This document shows, piece by piece, positions 18,891 to 28,789 of a DNA stretch of 64,000 nucleotides (its first letter is position 1; each line of letters opens with the position of its first letter). Made by a program: the position numbers and the translations under genes. The stretch covers positions 32,001-96,000 of IMG/VR virus record IMGVR_UViG_3300038299_000184. One strand, written 5' to 3'. Under the pieces are notes generated by a model that made no database searches, was not told the origin of the DNA, and worked only from the letters and a program-made list of their open reading frames with translations. This stretch comes from a virus.

Positions 18891-20001
18891 CGCATATTAA
18901 CGATTTCTCAAACTTTCTAGGTAAGTAGTTTGAGAAATCGTCGGTGTATACATATTCTTGTATAAGTCGTAGATTATTCAATCCTGTAACTCTAATGATA
19001 GAGTGTCTGTGATTTCCTTGTACCCTATTGATTACACTATATTTGATATCCAATTTATCGAACATACTACATATTGGAGACCAGTCATATTCATAAGCCG
19101 CACATATAGAGAATTGTCTTGTAGTATACTTTTGATTCCAGTACCAGCACCCATCAGCATCTATAAGCCCCAGTAAGAACGTATTATACATATTTGGTGG
19201 TATATTATTAAGTATACCACCACACCCAACGCTACTTTTTAATTGGTAATCATTATCACACAGAAATTTATTGAAACTAAAATCGGTTATAGTTATACAT
19301 ACCTGCCGTTTCCTATTAGACCTTTGGCGTTCATAACTGCTATAAGACAAACCCTCTAAATCTAATATATTAAATAAGTGGGGGGCATCAGCCGCAACAA
19401 TTTCAATTTTCGAGTATGTACAAGAACGAGCGTTTTTATGTTCATACATATACCCGTCACCCCAAATAAATCCTAATAAATAACATATATTAGAGTTCAA
19501 TAATGGTGGTGTATATACAGGGTGTGTGTAATTATCAACCCTCTTACACTTTTTAAATTCTTTAGACATTTTAACCCCGAGTTTACCAGCCTTTGCCGAT
19601 ATCTGGCCAATTGTAAACCCGTTCAATTTATCAACACAACCCTCAGCACCTATTTGAGGGTAATGTTCCTTTATGATAGTTACATCAGATTTAGAAAAGG
19701 ATGCAAATCCTCTAGTTAGCCCCAAACTGTTAGCCTTCTTTCCTATCTGTGAAACACTATGTAGGGGTAGTAGCTGTGAACAACCTTGAGAACCTAGTGT
19801 TTGGTAAAACTCCTGTAAAATGTTAATATCGCCATCTGAAAACACCTCCTCTGTATCCCTGTATAACCCCATCTTAACAACCTTCTTTCTAATTTGTGAT
19901 AATGACAAATGTGGTAGTAGCTCCACACACCCACCAGCACCCATTGTTGGGTAGTTTTTGGTTAGAGTATCTTTATCATGTTGGGTATAGGTATATCTCA
20001 T
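18883..20001 (-). CDS. Free-standing LAGLIDADG homing endonuclease with N-terminal helical repeats
   Basis: Two motifs YLLGFIWGDG and FLLGLIDADG; three N-terminal D..I..E.Y...G..GC...L......QI..KA..LG repeats; TAATTA-N5-ATG. Confidence 0.88.
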   Translation of the reverse strand: MRYTYTQHDKDTLTKNYPTMGAGGCVELLPHLSLSQIRKKVVKMGLYRDTEEVFSDGDINILQEFYQTLGSQGCSQLLPLHSVSQIGKKANSLGLTRGFASFSKSDVTIIKEHYPQIGAEGCVDKLNGFTIGQISAKAGKLGVKMSKEFKKCKRVDNYTHPVYTPPLLNSNICYLLGFIWGDGYMYEHKNARSCTYSKIEIVAADAPHLFNILDLEGLSYSSYERQRSNRKRQVCITITDFSFNKFLCDNDYQLKSSVGCGGILNNIPPNMYNTFLLGLIDADGCWYWNQKYTTRQFSICAAYEYDWSPICSMFDKLDIKYSVINRVQGNHRHSIIRVTGLNNLRLIQEYVYTDDFSNYLPRKFEKSLICVT

Positions 20002-20120
20002 AAGAGTAATTAGTAACTTTGTGGCACTATACAAGAAATAACGTAAAATAGTTATTTACATTATTTCAGTTTATGGCATGGTTACAACAACATACAGAAC
20101 AACTTCAATCTCACGATAAT

Positions 20121-20375
20121 ATGAATACAGATACTAAGTCACAAATCAACAACACCCTAAAGCAGCTAGACTACCAAGTATACCGCTTGATGGGTGATCG
20201 ACATAAGCAATACAGGCAGGACTTTATGACTTTAATCACGGGTAATAAACTACCTAAAGCCAAGTGCGGTATTAATGCACTAGAATATGCTCTTATCGAA
20301 CTAGCTGGTATTGATGTACTCGCGATTAGTAAGTTCGAGATCCCAGAGAAATTAAAGAACCACTTCAACCAATAA
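20121..20375 (+). CDS. Hypothetical protein
   Basis: ORF upstream of the RNA ligase; start uncertain (ORF track 20073). Confidence 0.55.
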   Translation: MNTDTKSQINNTLKQLDYQVYRLMGDRHKQYRQDFMTLITGNKLPKAKCGINALEYALIELAGIDVLAISKFEIPEKLKNHFNQ

Positions 20376-20379
20376 ATTT

Positions 20380-21540
20380 ATGTACCATTCAATCACCAAG
20401 TTTAATACTACTGAGGGTAATCTAGACTTTGACAGACTCGTCAAAGAACTACAGGACAACGTAGATCTAGGATTCATCAATATGAAGACTAAGGGCGACC
20501 TAACTCTTTATGATTATTCCAAGAGCTGTACATATGAGCGAGCATGGAACGATGCTACTCGTATCGCTCGTGGTCTGGTTCTGGACATCCCTAACAAAGA
20601 AGTTGTGGCTCTTCCTTTCGAGAAGTTCTACAACCAAGGGGATGAACACGAACTCAATGGTCTCGAACTTGGTGATTTTTGTAAAGGAGGTTTCTTCGAA
20701 AAGATGGATGGATCTTGTGTCATCATTTACTTCTATAATGGGGAGTGGTGTGTTAACACCCGTGGCTCATTCGACTCTGATCAAGCTATCAAGGGTAAGG
20801 AATTACTTGACTCACAAATCGATACACAGCTCCTTATGAAGGGTGTAACATACATTTGTGAAGTAATTTATAAAGATAACAAAATTGTTGTAAATTACGG
20901 TGATCGCGAAGGTCTGGTACTCACTGGTAAATATTACTCTAAAGGTGATAGTGATATCTTCCACTTTGGTGAGGAATGTCTAACTGACCCACAATGTGTT
21001 AAAATTTTCTGTGAACTATTAGGGTTTCAACAACCACAAGTTCACTACTTCGGAAGTATTGAACAAGCGAAAGCTGCAACTGATTCGTTCACCAAGGATG
21101 AAGAAGGTTTTGTATACCGCTCTGGTAACGGAGTCCGTGTTAAGATCAAGGGTGATGAGTACTGTCGAGTTCATGGTTTGATCTCATATCATACACCACT
21201 GTTTCTATGGCGTGAATTCGTAGAGGGGGGTCACCAAGGTTGTCAAGAACGTAAGAAGGATATCCCAGAGGAATTATGGGATGAATTAGAAGAATGGCTT
21301 GACATCTTCGAGAAAAACCACCAGTATGTAGTTGAACAGGTTAAGGAACAGGCTAAAATCTTCGCACATCTGAGCAACAAAGAATTAGGTCTTGAAATGT
21401 CTGATATTAAACAGACTCACAAAGGTCTATTCTTCTCGCTCCGAAATGACAAACAATTCGGTACAATCAACTCCACGTCACACAGAACAATCTGTAACAT
21501 GTTCGAACCAACCAACAACACCATTAAGGAGTTATACTAA
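20380..21540 (+). CDS. rnlA: RNA ligase 1 (T4 Rnl1 family)
   Basis: ARGLV....VALPFEKFYN, EKMDGS (motif I), NTRGSF, EEGFV, RVKIK..EY...H. Confidence 0.9.
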   Translation: MYHSITKFNTTEGNLDFDRLVKELQDNVDLGFINMKTKGDLTLYDYSKSCTYERAWNDATRIARGLVLDIPNKEVVALPFEKFYNQGDEHELNGLELGDFCKGGFFEKMDGSCVIIYFYNGEWCVNTRGSFDSDQAIKGKELLDSQIDTQLLMKGVTYICEVIYKDNKIVVNYGDREGLVLTGKYYSKGDSDIFHFGEECLTDPQCVKIFCELLGFQQPQVHYFGSIEQAKAATDSFTKDEEGFVYRSGNGVRVKIKGDEYCRVHGLISYHTPLFLWREFVEGGHQGCQERKKDIPEELWDELEEWLDIFEKNHQYVVEQVKEQAKIFAHLSNKELGLEMSDIKQTHKGLFFSLRNDKQFGTINSTSHRTICNMFEPTNNTIKELY

Positions 21541-21541
21541 A

Positions 21542-21724
21542 ATGAAAACAAAATCGATAAGACCTAAGAGGTCACTCAAAGCCAAGTTAAAGAATATATG
21601 GGAGACATTCCTTATGTTTTCAATTACCGCAATATTATGTCTGGTATGTGCCACCTTAATAATTTTACCAGTATGCTGGTTTGTGCTCAAGGTATGGGCG
21701 GTATGTAAATACATCTTCAGTTAA
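21542..21724 (+). CDS. Small membrane protein
   Basis: Basic N-terminus plus long hydrophobic stretch. Confidence 0.55.
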   Translation: MKTKSIRPKRSLKAKLKNIWETFLMFSITAILCLVCATLIILPVCWFVLKVWAVCKYIFS

Positions 21725-21727
21725 ATC

Positions 21728-22084
21728 ATGGAATATTATATTACACTACTGTTTCTATTGTTCGCAGGACATGCTCTTGCGGATTACCCACTACAAGGTG
21801 ACTTCATTGGCAAGTTCAAGAGTCGTCATGCGCCTAATCCATTTCCAGACGAATGCCACCCGTGGCTGGCACTATTGTGTGCCCACTGTCTGATACATGC
21901 AGGGGTGGTATACCTTCTAACAAAAAACCTATGGCTTGCATTAATTGAGCTAGTTCTACACTTCCTCATCGATCTAGCTAAGAATGAGAAGTTTATCAAC
22001 TTCAATATGGATCAGAGCCTACACTTCTTTTGTAAGTTCTCATACGTAGCGGCATTAGCATACATCGGATTTTTCAACCAATAA
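21728..22084 (+). CDS. DUF3307-like membrane protein
   Basis: GHALADYPLQ, AHCLIH, HFLID..K, DQSLH. Confidence 0.8.
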   Translation: MEYYITLLFLLFAGHALADYPLQGDFIGKFKSRHAPNPFPDECHPWLALLCAHCLIHAGVVYLLTKNLWLALIELVLHFLIDLAKNEKFINFNMDQSLHFFCKFSYVAALAYIGFFNQ

Positions 22085-22133
22085 TATTATGAGATTAGGG
22101 TGATAGGATGATTCTACCACCCTAATTATATAC

Positions 22134-22868
22134 ATGAATATATTTTATGTATATGTGTATCTAGACCAGAGGTGTAAAGGGGTGTGGGAATATGGTGATA
22201 TGGTATTTAAACACCAACCATTTTATATTGGTAAAGGATCTGTCGATAGGATGACTAAACACCTAACACCAAGCATCATGAAGCAAAATAGGTTGAAGTA
22301 TAGTAAGATGAAGAGTATTATGAACGAATTGGGTGAATATCCATTACATTACAAAGTTGCAGAGAATTTGACAGAGTGTGAGGCATTCGAAATGGAGATT
22401 GATATGATATCACATTTCGAATGTAAACTAGCGGGTGGTATATTGACAAATTTGGACATGGGCGGTACGGGTGGCTCTAAAAGACAGGATATATATGAAT
22501 ACACTATGGATGGTGTGTTAATTAACAAGTGGTGTTCCCTTACTGAAATACGGCATGAATATAGTGACACTATAGGTGATGGTGTGGGTAATATAAGCAC
22601 TGCTATAAAAAGGGGTGGGTCTGCGTATGATCGTATTTGGTCTTACACCAAATTAGATAATGTAGGTAAAAATATAAAATACCAGATGCCTATAAAATAT
22701 GAAAACATTAAAATGGTTGACATAATAACAAAGGAAGTTATAATGGTTTACGAAAGTGCCCGCCACGCACAAGAGGATTTGGGGTTTGTCAAATCATCAG
22801 TTGGTAAAATTATAGATTGTATAAATGAAAAAACAAAAACAGCGTATGGGTACAAATGGGAGTTATGA
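22134..22868 (+). CDS. Free-standing GIY-YIG homing endonuclease with NUMOD1-like DNA-binding repeats
   Basis: FYVYVYLD...PFYIGKG..DR, LTNL..GG.G, C-terminal KTAYGYKW. Confidence 0.85.
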   Translation: MNIFYVYVYLDQRCKGVWEYGDMVFKHQPFYIGKGSVDRMTKHLTPSIMKQNRLKYSKMKSIMNELGEYPLHYKVAENLTECEAFEMEIDMISHFECKLAGGILTNLDMGGTGGSKRQDIYEYTMDGVLINKWCSLTEIRHEYSDTIGDGVGNISTAIKRGGSAYDRIWSYTKLDNVGKNIKYQMPIKYENIKMVDIITKEVIMVYESARHAQEDLGFVKSSVGKIIDCINEKTKTAYGYKWEL

Positions 22869-23658
22869 CGATTTTAGTGTGAGGATGAAATGGTTCGAAA
22901 AGAATAACATTAACAACGTTTTTCCGAATGGAGTTCCTATCATTGCACGGATCGACGGTAGATCATTTTCTAAGTTCACCAAGGGGCTTAGGCGACCTTA
23001 TGACGAGGATATGTCTAAGTGTATGCAAGAAACCACAAGACACCTTGTGGAGCACACAGGGGCATGTCTTGGCTACACCCAGTCGGATGAAATCTCGCTA
23101 GTTTGGTACAACACCAATTATAAGTCCGAGATCTGGTTCGGTGGTAAGATGCAGAAGATGGTTTCACAACTAGCGGCTCAAGCCACACTAGCATTCTATC
23201 GACAAGCTGTTGACCGTCTACCAGAGGGTTATGCAGAGAAGTTACCAACATTCGATGCACGAGTGTGGTGGGTTCCATCATTGGGTGAAGCTTGTAATGC
23301 TGTACTATGGCGTGTTCGTGATGCGGTTAAGAATTCTGTTGCTATGGCTGCACACGACAACTTCAGTACCAAACAACTTCACAAGAAGAATGGTAATGAG
23401 ATGCAGGAAATGTTATTCTCTGAGAAAGGTATCAACTGGAACGATTACCCAGCATTCTTTAAACGTGGTGTGTTCTATCGACGAATCAAAACCCAGAAGG
23501 CATTGACCGATCTGGAGTTGGAAGAACTACCGCCATTACACCACGCCCGACTAAACCCAGAACTGTTAGTGGAGAGGTCTTCAGTGGTTTATGACGATAC
23601 AGACTTCTCTAAGGTTGAGGATAAAGTTAAATTTCTTTTAGGTGTTGACAATGATTAG
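22846..23658 (+). CDS. thg1: tRNA(His) guanylyltransferase Thg1-like protein
   Basis: RMK.FE, IARIDGRSFSKFT, GYTQSDEISL, FGGK.QK, FDAR, WR..DA.KNS, GINWND.P...KRG; start ambiguous (22825/22846/22886). Confidence 0.92.
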   Translation: MGTNGSYDDFSVRMKWFEKNNINNVFPNGVPIIARIDGRSFSKFTKGLRRPYDEDMSKCMQETTRHLVEHTGACLGYTQSDEISLVWYNTNYKSEIWFGGKMQKMVSQLAAQATLAFYRQAVDRLPEGYAEKLPTFDARVWWVPSLGEACNAVLWRVRDAVKNSVAMAAHDNFSTKQLHKKNGNEMQEMLFSEKGINWNDYPAFFKRGVFYRRIKTQKALTDLELEELPPLHHARLNPELLVERSSVVYDDTDFSKVEDKVKFLLGVDND

Positions 23659-23682
23659 AAATCTGATTAAGTTACCCATCTA

Positions 23683-24036
23683 ATGGAAAACGAATATACA
23701 GAAACTAAACCGACCCTATACGCAAAGAGGGATTTAGAGGAACTTGGTGGGCATTACCTAAAGCATCTGAATGCTATGACCTCAGAGCAACTACATTCAA
23801 AATCCGATATTGCAGCAGAACTAGCCGCAAGGGATGTCGTGATTGAGGATCTGACCCCCGCCAGCACTACACAAGCAACTACATCCGATGACTACACCGA
23901 GGACGATAAACTATCCAACGATATCGAAATGATTTTGTCGAATTATAGGTATGCACTCGATCTTTATGGTGAACTAGATTGGGACAAACGCGAAGCATTT
24001 GTGAATAAAATTAAAGCACTAATCAAAAAAAAATAA
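23683..24036 (+). CDS. Hypothetical protein
   Basis: 117-aa ORF with LHSKSDIAAELA motif and upstream TTGACA. Confidence 0.6.
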   Translation: MENEYTETKPTLYAKRDLEELGGHYLKHLNAMTSEQLHSKSDIAAELAARDVVIEDLTPASTTQATTSDDYTEDDKLSNDIEMILSNYRYALDLYGELDWDKREAFVNKIKALIKKK

Positions 24037-24039
24037 ATT

Positions 24040-25101
24040 ATGGAACAAGCAACAATTCAAGAGATCCTAGAGATCAACGAACACCCTAATGCAGATGCAC
24101 TCGAACTGGCAACAATTCTTGGCTGGCAAGTAGTGATCAAAAAGGATCAATTCAAAGTAGGTGATAAAGTGGTGTACGTAGGACTCGATTCTATTCTACC
24201 ACCACACGAAGCATTCGAATTCCTAGCCAAACAGAAGTACCGCATCAAGACGGCTAAACTCCGTGGTGAGATGTCCTATGGTATTGTGTTCAGTATGGGT
24301 ACATTGATTAATGTCGCTATTGAGCAATATCGTAGAGACCATCTCATATCTTTAGATGTACCAGTGGGTCATGATTTCGACCACATCAACATTGGTGATG
24401 ATGTCACCGAGGTTATGGGTGTTAAGAAGTACGAGAAGCCTGTTCCTAAGTGTCAAGATGCTAAAGGTGGTTTCCCTACCACAATTCTTCGCAAGACTGA
24501 TGAGGAGCGTGTACAGAACATTCCACACATCCTTGACGAGATTGGTGACCGTGAGATCTACATCACTGTAAAGGCTGATGGTAGCTCACTAACAGTTCTT
24601 AAGGTGGATGATGAACTGTCAGTATGTTCCCGTAACCTGCTACTGAAGGAGCCAGAAAGTATCCATTCAGCTTCCAACTTCTGGGCTGTTACATATAAGT
24701 ATGGTTTGGATGAAATCCCTAGTGGTTACTATGTACAGGCAGAACTTATCGGACCTAGCATCCAAAGCAACCCACATGGTGTTGATAGTTTGGAGATTCG
24801 TGTATTCAACGTAGGAATCATTCGTAAGGGTAACACACAGTTGCCATTGGATTATGATGACATGGTCACTTTCTGTAACTACCACAACCTTCCTATGACT
24901 GAACTTGTATATCGTGGTAAGAAGAACTTCGAGACTATTGATGACCTTGAGGAGATTGCCAATGCTGTTAGATACGAGAACGGTAAGATCGGTGAAGGCG
25001 TTGTTATCCGCTACACTGAATCCGAAGATGATTTCAAGATGCAAAAACCCTTAAGTTTCAAGATGATTAGCCCTAAGTATGCATTGAAGCATGGTGAATA
25101 A
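24040..25101 (+). CDS. RNA ligase, DRB0094/Rnl5 family
   Basis: N-terminal HPNADALELA...GWQVV OB domain, KLRG..SYG, KTDEERVQN, KADGSS, CSRN, AELIGP.IQ.N, EGVV, SFKMIS..Y. Confidence 0.9.
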   Translation: MEQATIQEILEINEHPNADALELATILGWQVVIKKDQFKVGDKVVYVGLDSILPPHEAFEFLAKQKYRIKTAKLRGEMSYGIVFSMGTLINVAIEQYRRDHLISLDVPVGHDFDHINIGDDVTEVMGVKKYEKPVPKCQDAKGGFPTTILRKTDEERVQNIPHILDEIGDREIYITVKADGSSLTVLKVDDELSVCSRNLLLKEPESIHSASNFWAVTYKYGLDEIPSGYYVQAELIGPSIQSNPHGVDSLEIRVFNVGIIRKGNTQLPLDYDDMVTFCNYHNLPMTELVYRGKKNFETIDDLEEIANAVRYENGKIGEGVVIRYTESEDDFKMQKPLSFKMISPKYALKHGE

Positions 25102-25375
25102 TATATTAACAATTTACTTAATTGGGTGTGGTGCAGCATTTCTGGTGTATCTCATTGGGACTATTTTTGATGACAGAAAATATTGGAATATCACAATCGG
25201 TAAACTATTAGGGGAGATATTACCATCACTCGTGGCATCATTATTCAGTTGGGTATTTTTTATACTTTACTTCGCTTATATTATAGCTGAACATATAAAA
25301 CCTTTAATTAAAAAACTACAGAAGTTAAAATGTCTCGATATTGTTATATTTAAACAGAAGAAATCCGATGAATGA
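25091..25375 (+). CDS. Hypothetical membrane protein
   Basis: Two hydrophobic segments. Confidence 0.55.
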   Translation: MVNNILTIYLIGCGAAFLVYLIGTIFDDRKYWNITIGKLLGEILPSLVASLFSWVFFILYFAYIIAEHIKPLIKKLQKLKCLDIVIFKQKKSDE

Positions 25376-25641
25376 AAGACCCGAACCACGAGCGTAATTT
25401 AGTTGACAAGAAGTTCTTAGAGGACTATCTTGATGCATACGAGCGCGGCTTCACACTACAAGTGAGAAGCAGTGGTTTGTGGTTTGATCTAGAAACACGA
25501 GGGTATATTTACGTCAGCTATGTGGCTGACATTTTCAACGGGAATAGTAAAGAGTGGTGCCTAATGACACCAATTGGTAAATTCTTCAGAAACAATATTC
25601 GAATCAAATTTGACGAGGTTGATATCCTCAATGAAATATAA
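25372..25641 (+). CDS. Hypothetical protein
   Basis: Tightly packed ORF in operon. Confidence 0.5.
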   Translation: MKDPNHERNLVDKKFLEDYLDAYERGFTLQVRSSGLWFDLETRGYIYVSYVADIFNGNSKEWCLMTPIGKFFRNNIRIKFDEVDILNEI

Positions 25642-26048
25642 TGCATAAATTACTACAAGAGTTGTTCCCTAAAGGGTTCACCAGCGAAACGCCAGACCCA
25701 GATTGGAATAATGGTGACTGTAACTTTCAAACTTACTACTATGATAGGTTCTCAAAGGGTAAGGCATTAGTGGTATGTGTTACTGAGGAATTTGGTGTGT
25801 ACCAAGTTAGTGTAGATAACCTAGATGTATACAACAAATCGTCACAATGTCCTATCCATTTTATACTCACAGAGGAGCAGACTGTGCTTAAGAACGCTAT
25901 CCGTAAAGTTCTACCAAAGGCTATTAAATACCTAGGAACTAAAGAAGGTGCTAGACATAGTAACACAGATTGGTATAATGCAAATTACTTCGACGAGGTA
26001 CTTAGTTCCGACTATATGCACCACCAGAGAAATAAATTATTTAAATAA
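25641..26048 (+). CDS. Hypothetical protein
   Basis: Tightly packed ORF in operon. Confidence 0.55.
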   Translation: MHKLLQELFPKGFTSETPDPDWNNGDCNFQTYYYDRFSKGKALVVCVTEEFGVYQVSVDNLDVYNKSSQCPIHFILTEEQTVLKNAIRKVLPKAIKYLGTKEGARHSNTDWYNANYFDEVLSSDYMHHQRNKLFK

Positions 26049-26051
26049 ATT

Positions 26052-26774
26052 ATGAAATTTTTAATGAAATATGTAGGGGGTTCACAGCTCTATGGTTTAA
26101 ATACCCCAGAATCGGATGTAGACTGGCGTGGTGTTTATCTCAACACCGACCCAGAAAAGATCCTACGGTTTACTGTAGATGAATCTATCAGTACCACTGG
26201 TGGTGATGACGGTAAGGATGACGAGGTCTACTTCGAGCTGTGGCGTTACTTCGATATCCTTCGTAAGACTAACACACAAGCTGTCGAATCACTATTCGTA
26301 AGCCGTGACAAGTTTACAGTGCTTGACCCTATCATGGATCAAATCATCGACAACCCTAGCCAGTTTATCAACTCGGCAAAGCTTGTCGCATCCACCAAGG
26401 GGTATTCATACGGTGAATATCGACTTGCTATGGGTGAAAGAACTGGTAGACTCGGTGGATCACGTAAGGCACAACTTGACAAGTATGGTTTCAGTCCTAA
26501 GAACGTCTGTCAGATGATCCGTCTGTCAAGAGGTCTCCAGTTCTTCCAAGATACTGGAGTATTCCCTCTAGACCTTAAAGACCATCTACCAGAAGTGTGG
26601 GAGCTTGCATATGAAGTAAAGACACAACCTTCGAACTTTACAGTTGACCAAATCGATAAAATCTGCCTAGAATGCTTAGACCAAGTAAATAAAGTTGAAG
26701 ATCAACTAGGATGGACATTTGATACTAACACCGCTGTTGATATCATGAGGTCTGTATATAAAGAATATTTATAA
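26052..26774 (+). CDS. Pol-beta superfamily nucleotidyltransferase (RlaP/YcgL, T4 NrdC.11-like)
   Basis: GGSQLYGLNTPESDVDWRGVY; N...VE.LF; KYGF..K....IRL. Confidence 0.85.
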   Translation: MKFLMKYVGGSQLYGLNTPESDVDWRGVYLNTDPEKILRFTVDESISTTGGDDGKDDEVYFELWRYFDILRKTNTQAVESLFVSRDKFTVLDPIMDQIIDNPSQFINSAKLVASTKGYSYGEYRLAMGERTGRLGGSRKAQLDKYGFSPKNVCQMIRLSRGLQFFQDTGVFPLDLKDHLPEVWELAYEVKTQPSNFTVDQIDKICLECLDQVNKVEDQLGWTFDTNTAVDIMRSVYKEYL

Positions 26775-26775
26775 T

Positions 26776-27552
26776 ATGAAAATAGAACAACATAAGGGAC
26801 TGGATTTACCCGAATATAAAGAGAGCTTTTTCGAAAGGGTCTCTAGTAGTATCAGTAAGAAGTTTATAGTGACCGCTAAACGTGGTAGTAACTTTAAAGA
26901 TTATGAACAATTGTCACCCAATGACAGGGAGTTCCTAGGGTTATATAAAACCCCTTATGCATATGAATTCGATTCAGGTGATGAATCTTTATTCACAGGC
27001 AGGAGTCCATATAAAGATTTCTGGAAACATAATTATCCTGTTCAGTATTTCTTCCGTGATAATGTTAGATATTTCTTCCTTCATATTAAGTGGTCTATCG
27101 AGCGTAAGTATCGCAAACTTAAAAAGGTTTTCAAGAATGAGAATCATCGACACAACAACCTAATACCAAGAGAGTATGAGGATGATACATCCCTGTACGC
27201 CACTGTAATCTTTAAGATGTTTAAGAACTTTGAGAAAGAGTTCGAGCAGGGTCATGTTGACTGGGATTCCATGGAACACACTAGTGACTTCAAGAAGTGG
27301 TACAAGAAGACTAAGTGGCGTATTGAAGTGGTTCTACCTTATATACAAAAGCGAGATGGTGCAACATTTGAACCAATTCGCAACACTAAGAAGGCTGACT
27401 GGGCTGAGATACCCGAAGGTAAGGAAGGTATTTATCGTACCAAATTCCACTACCATTATAGATTCTCTCACTACTGGGAGGCTGTAGAGCTGAACATGGA
27501 GACTAAGATTCTAAAAGAAATCATCGAAAAGCGACAAATGTTCTGGACATAA
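26776..27552 (+). CDS. Hypothetical protein
   Basis: 258-aa aromatic-rich ORF ending R..FWT. Confidence 0.6.
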   Translation: MKIEQHKGLDLPEYKESFFERVSSSISKKFIVTAKRGSNFKDYEQLSPNDREFLGLYKTPYAYEFDSGDESLFTGRSPYKDFWKHNYPVQYFFRDNVRYFFLHIKWSIERKYRKLKKVFKNENHRHNNLIPREYEDDTSLYATVIFKMFKNFEKEFEQGHVDWDSMEHTSDFKKWYKKTKWRIEVVLPYIQKRDGATFEPIRNTKKADWAEIPEGKEGIYRTKFHYHYRFSHYWEAVELNMETKILKEIIEKRQMFWT

Positions 27553-27579
27553 CCCAGAAGTGGTGTACACATATAAATC

Positions 27580-28002
27580 ATGACAGGTAAAACAGTAACA
27601 ATCATTCGCGGAGTCTCTGGCTCTGGTAAATCAACTTTCGCAACATTCCTCAAGATGTTGGCGTGTAACGAAACCCGCATCTGCTGTGCTGATGATTATT
27701 TCATCAACGACGAAACAGGTGTGTATGAATTCGACGTAACCAAACTGGGTGCCGCTCACGGTGCGTGTCGATTCAAGTTCAGCAACCTTATCACTGATGG
27801 CGTACCTCACATCATCGTAAACAACACCTCGACTAAGGTTAAGGAGTTCAAGGACTACGCCAAGGAAGCCGAAGATAACGGCTACAGGGTTCACGTAATT
27901 TGCATGGAGAACTTCCATGGTGGTGAGAACGTCCATGGAGTACCAGACGAAGTTCTGTTCAACCAGACCAAAAACCTTAAGAATAGCTTCAAACCTCTCT
28001 AA
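27580..28002 (+). CDS. P-loop kinase (AAA_33/polynucleotide kinase-like)
   Basis: IIRGVSGSGKST, ADDYF, AH..C, IIVNNT, NVHGVP. Confidence 0.85.
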   Translation: MTGKTVTIIRGVSGSGKSTFATFLKMLACNETRICCADDYFINDETGVYEFDVTKLGAAHGACRFKFSNLITDGVPHIIVNNTSTKVKEFKDYAKEAEDNGYRVHVICMENFHGGENVHGVPDEVLFNQTKNLKNSFKPL

Positions 28003-28006
28003 CATA

Positions 28007-28306
28007 ATGAAAAAACTATTATTAGTAGTAATGTGTCTATCACTAGTTTCCTGCAATTACTTCGTCTTCTGGAAGGAAGAGATGGAGGTTATCGAAGAGA
28101 TGGATATGAAGCATGTCGGGTTTATAGGTGAGGATAGAATTGTTATAGACCACAAGGGTGAATATTATACGTACAGGCACATTATGGATAATGGTAATGG
28201 TGTATACAAGTTTTTAGTTCATGTTAGTGAAAGGGAACCAGCATATAATGTTTATTCACATAGGCCCACTCCTGCTCCAGCTCTGACGAAATTAATCAAC
28301 GAGTGA
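28007..28306 (+). CDS. Putative lipoprotein
   Basis: MKKLLLVVMCLSLVSC lipobox-like signal. Confidence 0.6.
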   Translation: MKKLLLVVMCLSLVSCNYFVFWKEEMEVIEEMDMKHVGFIGEDRIVIDHKGEYYTYRHIMDNGNGVYKFLVHVSEREPAYNVYSHRPTPAPALTKLINE

Positions 28307-28430
28307 AATACATCTGATCCATAGGAAGCGGTTGTTGGAATATGGAAATAGTTCGGTGGCTACCAATACCCAGTAAAACTGAAATTACTCAAACCCGACA
28401 AGGGGGTGGAAAGCCCTGTAATATACAACA

Positions 28431-28775
28431 CTAAAAGTGACAATCCAGATCCACGATGACGGTCTTTAAATCATCATCTTTCACAGATCTCCTAAATAAC
28501 CTCTTTAGGAATTTAGGGGATTTGTCGTATACATACAGACCCAACCGAAGGCGATGAACCAATCTACAGGGAACTTTCTTAGAGTGGAGGTCATGGTGGA
28601 ATAAAGCCCTTGCACCATCTATATCCAAATGTAGGCATTGCATACGAGCATCGTGCCTATACCCACACCAGTCAATATCATCCATTACGGACTGACCATA
28701 TTTTTTGATTATGCGTTTCCTCTCGAAAGATGGCAAGCTTGCACCATCGGATTTTATTTTATACATACCCATCAT
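28431..28775 (-). CDS. Hypothetical protein with a phospholipase A2-like C..HD motif
   Basis: DIDWCGYRHDARM; divergent from 28790 around one shared TAATTA. Confidence 0.4.
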   Translation of the reverse strand: MMGMYKIKSDGASLPSFERKRIIKKYGQSVMDDIDWCGYRHDARMQCLHLDIDGARALFHHDLHSKKVPCRLVHRLRLGLYVYDKSPKFLKRLFRRSVKDDDLKTVIVDLDCHF

Positions 28776-28789
28776 TGATAATTATATCT

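Noticed and set aside
18901-18940. 14-bp inverted repeat CGATTTCTCAAACT...AGTTTGAGAAATCG as a mobile-element end
   Set aside because: No matching partner at the other end of the LAGLIDADG gene; more simply a hairpin at the junction of convergent genes.
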